A stretch of DNA of 62,913 nucleotides, filler included, from Hyphochytrium catenoides (Eukaryota > Protista > Hyphochytriomycota), in the NCBI GenBank assembly GCA_900088475.1. It is 5 parts of 5 records of this genome, joined end to end, with 100 filler letters (N's around TTAATTAATTAA, not from the genome) between each part and the next. Parts side by side here need not be neighbours in the genome. Positions count along the whole stretch, not along the records: positions 60,497 to 62,913 come from FLMG01003266.1; 4 more parts are not named here. One strand, given 5' to 3'. A program made the translations under genes and the position numbers. Of the stretch, positions 60,528 to 62,913 are shown piece by piece (the first letter of the stretch is position 1; each line of letters begins with the position of its first letter). The notes under the pieces were generated by a model. It was not told the origin of the DNA, did no database searches, and saw only the letters and a program-made list of their open reading frames with translations.

Positions 60528-62913
60528 GGAGATATCCTAGGGATGCGGGAGAGGGGGCGAAGAGTACAGGAGGAGAAAGAGAACAAGAAGAAGATGCAGG
60601 AGAGACTGGGGGAGAGGGGACCGGTGAGAGAGAGAAACAGAGAGAGGGTACAAGCGCGCTCGTGAAAGAGAGAAAAGCTGGGCAAGTGGTAGAGAAACGG
60701 ATGAGAATATCAAAGAGAAGGAGCTTCTGTGTGTTCTCTTACAGCGTCATCTCAGAGAAGAAAAGAGACTCTGGAAAAAGAAAGTGCAGATATTTTCTCT
60801 TTCGTGCGGATGGTCCTTTCCTGCTATGTTTGTTCTTCTCTCTGCCTCTCTCTGCCTCTCTCTGCCTCTCTCTTGGTCTAGCTCTCTCCCTTTCTTTCTC
60901 TCTCTCTCTCCCCTTTCTTTCTCTCTGTTTCTCTCTCTCCTTTTCTCGCTTTTCAGGAAGTCCTAGGACACGCCCTTCTCCTCGTCATTTATTCCTGCAA
61001 CAAAATTTCTGCTTCTATTGAAGAAAGGCAAGCGGTTCTGGAGTAGTTCTACGTTCTGTCCTTCTTTCATTTCCTCTTTCTCTCTCTCTCTCACTAGTCT
61101 GTCTACTAGTCATGCTCGTGGTTCTACGTTCTTCCTTTCGCGATTTTTTTTGTGTCTCTCTCTCTTTCTGGCCGCCGCTCTGCTTCTCTGCTTCGATTCC
61201 TTCTGCTCTTTCTCGTCGGCTAGTTCTTATAAAAGTAATAATTCCCTACCGTCAATTTTCCCTCAATTAGTCCTAGGAAGAGGAACTTCCTAATAATAAG
61301 TGGAGAAAGAGAGAGAGCCGGAGCTAGAAAGGGAGAGAGTTGGTGGAAGGGGAAGCACCACTCTCCATGACGAAACAGTAGAAGGAACTACAGAAAGGCA
61401 GAGTGAGGGAGAGACCAGAAAAGTTTGAGATCTCGTATAGAGAGCGAGCACGGAAGAGAGTGAGAGCGAGAGAGATAAAGTGAGGGAGAGAACTGGGAGA
61501 GAGCGGTAAGAACCGGATCTGGGCACCCAAAATGTAGAAGCTCTCAGCGTCATTCAGTCTCCTAGAAGACCAAAACTTCTATTAGAAGAAAAGAGAGGGG
61601 AAAGGAAAGAACAGAGAAGCCCATAGAAAAAACAGGAAGGTGCTCACTCGCTGGTAGTTGTAATAGTGATAAGACTGAACGCGTTCCCCCAGTCAAGGAA
61701 CGCATTAGGGTGAGAGCCTTGGTTACATAGATGCAGAATGTTATAATTGGTGGACATCTCTAACTTCTTGTCCTCCTAATCTGCACGATATTATTCGCGT
61801 GAGTACCGAGCTTACTCCAATGAAAGGCCTACAGTAATAATGGGCCTGCCATTCAGAACAGCTATTTAGGATCATCAGTTGCCGTAGCCCCCTAATAATA
61901 AGGCATGACCGTCAGGGACCAGACTTTGGGTTGTCAACACTCTACTAACATGTGCCGCGTACGGGGAGGGAAGACATTCCTCTTTGTGATGATTGACAAT
62001 GACCATCAGCTTGTTGTCGGTTATCGATTGAAGGAAGGATCACAATAACAAACACGTACACTCCAGCCCAGCATGGATAAAATTTCTAATTAGTAGGTAG
62101 TACCGTTATCCGTAGTAGTAGTTCTAGGGTTGAATCAACTTTCGTCATCACCAACAGTGTACTTCTAATGGTGGGTTTTATAATAATGATGAGGAAAAAC
62201 AAAGAGCACCAAGCGCCACTGCTGAGATGAAATGTTTAATCACTGATTTTTAATATATAAAGAGTAAGGAACTGAATAAAGCTATTGAGCAAAGCCAATC
62301 CTTGGCAAACCTCTTCGTAGAGGTTTGCCGAGCTCATCTTGTTTCGCCCACCATCCTCGTCACCCTACAGTAATTATCGTACTTAGCCGTACTGCACAAA
62401 CGACGAATGAGCTTGAAGGAATCAGACGCCGCTCTTTTACATTCAACAACTACAATAGTAGTTCTACAATGTTGTCCGTTATACAGTAAATACACTACTG
62501 AACAGTACAGTACTGTTTTTGGGCCCACAATTTGGGAGCTCTTATCCGATATAACTACTTCTATCCTCTCCATTCCTCTTAGTCATACATGTACCTTTAT
62601 CCAACTTCTTCATGATTCCGAAATCTACGACTTCTCCCAAGAGGTGGCTTTTGGGCTCAGATGAGGGCCTATCGCTTCATAAAATTCTTGATGCTTTCCC
62701 ATAGAAACACTAACAACAAACTTAGTGCACCGCTGACCCGCACGACGGAGTTCATCAATCGACCAGCGGACCTGAAGGATTTGGGTGACCATGTTCATGA
62801 CTCCAGTCTGACTGAGTGAGACGGTCCAGGCCACAGCAAAGCCTGAGATAGAAAGTCGTGCCGACTAAAGTGCACCTCTTGACGGTAACTTCATTTTTAC
62901 TGCATACTGCTCC

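Noticed and set aside
1-62913. Alternative genetic code or stop-codon readthrough explaining fragmented ORFs; tRNA/rRNA genes
   Set aside because: Conserved genes splice in frame with ordinary introns and end in TAA, TAG or TGA; no tRNA or rRNA signature recognised by eye

Overview
Gene-dense, intron-rich nuclear DNA from a microbial eukaryote (taxon not determinable here). It uses GT-AG spliceosomal introns with CTRAY-like branch points and the standard genetic code, and many introns carry (CT)n/(GA)n microsatellites. The window is a scaffold with several N gaps, four of them containing an artificial TTAATTAATTAA spacer. About 13 genes can be reconstructed by hand-splicing: an alpha/beta hydrolase; a ~30-exon N-anchored TPR/coiled-coil gene built from a 6x repeated three-exon module; an Lsi2/ArsB-type transporter; ALG11; a mitochondrial-type rhomboid; an IQ/zinc-finger/FHA protein; SAMHD1; SF3B2; a SUC/SLC45 sugar transporter; an MFS transporter; two head-to-head MRS2/CorA paralogs; a KA1-type kinase fragment; and CWF19L2. 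The stand-out is an intronless single-ORF fusion of the bacterial tRNA wobble-modification enzymes CmoA (carboxy-SAM synthase) and CmoB (ho5U carboxymethyltransferase) at 23420-25390. It sits on the same contig as spliced eukaryotic genes, which suggests a horizontally acquired cmo5U/Cx-SAM pathway in a eukaryote. All calls rest on motif recognition and manual splicing; no database searches were run.
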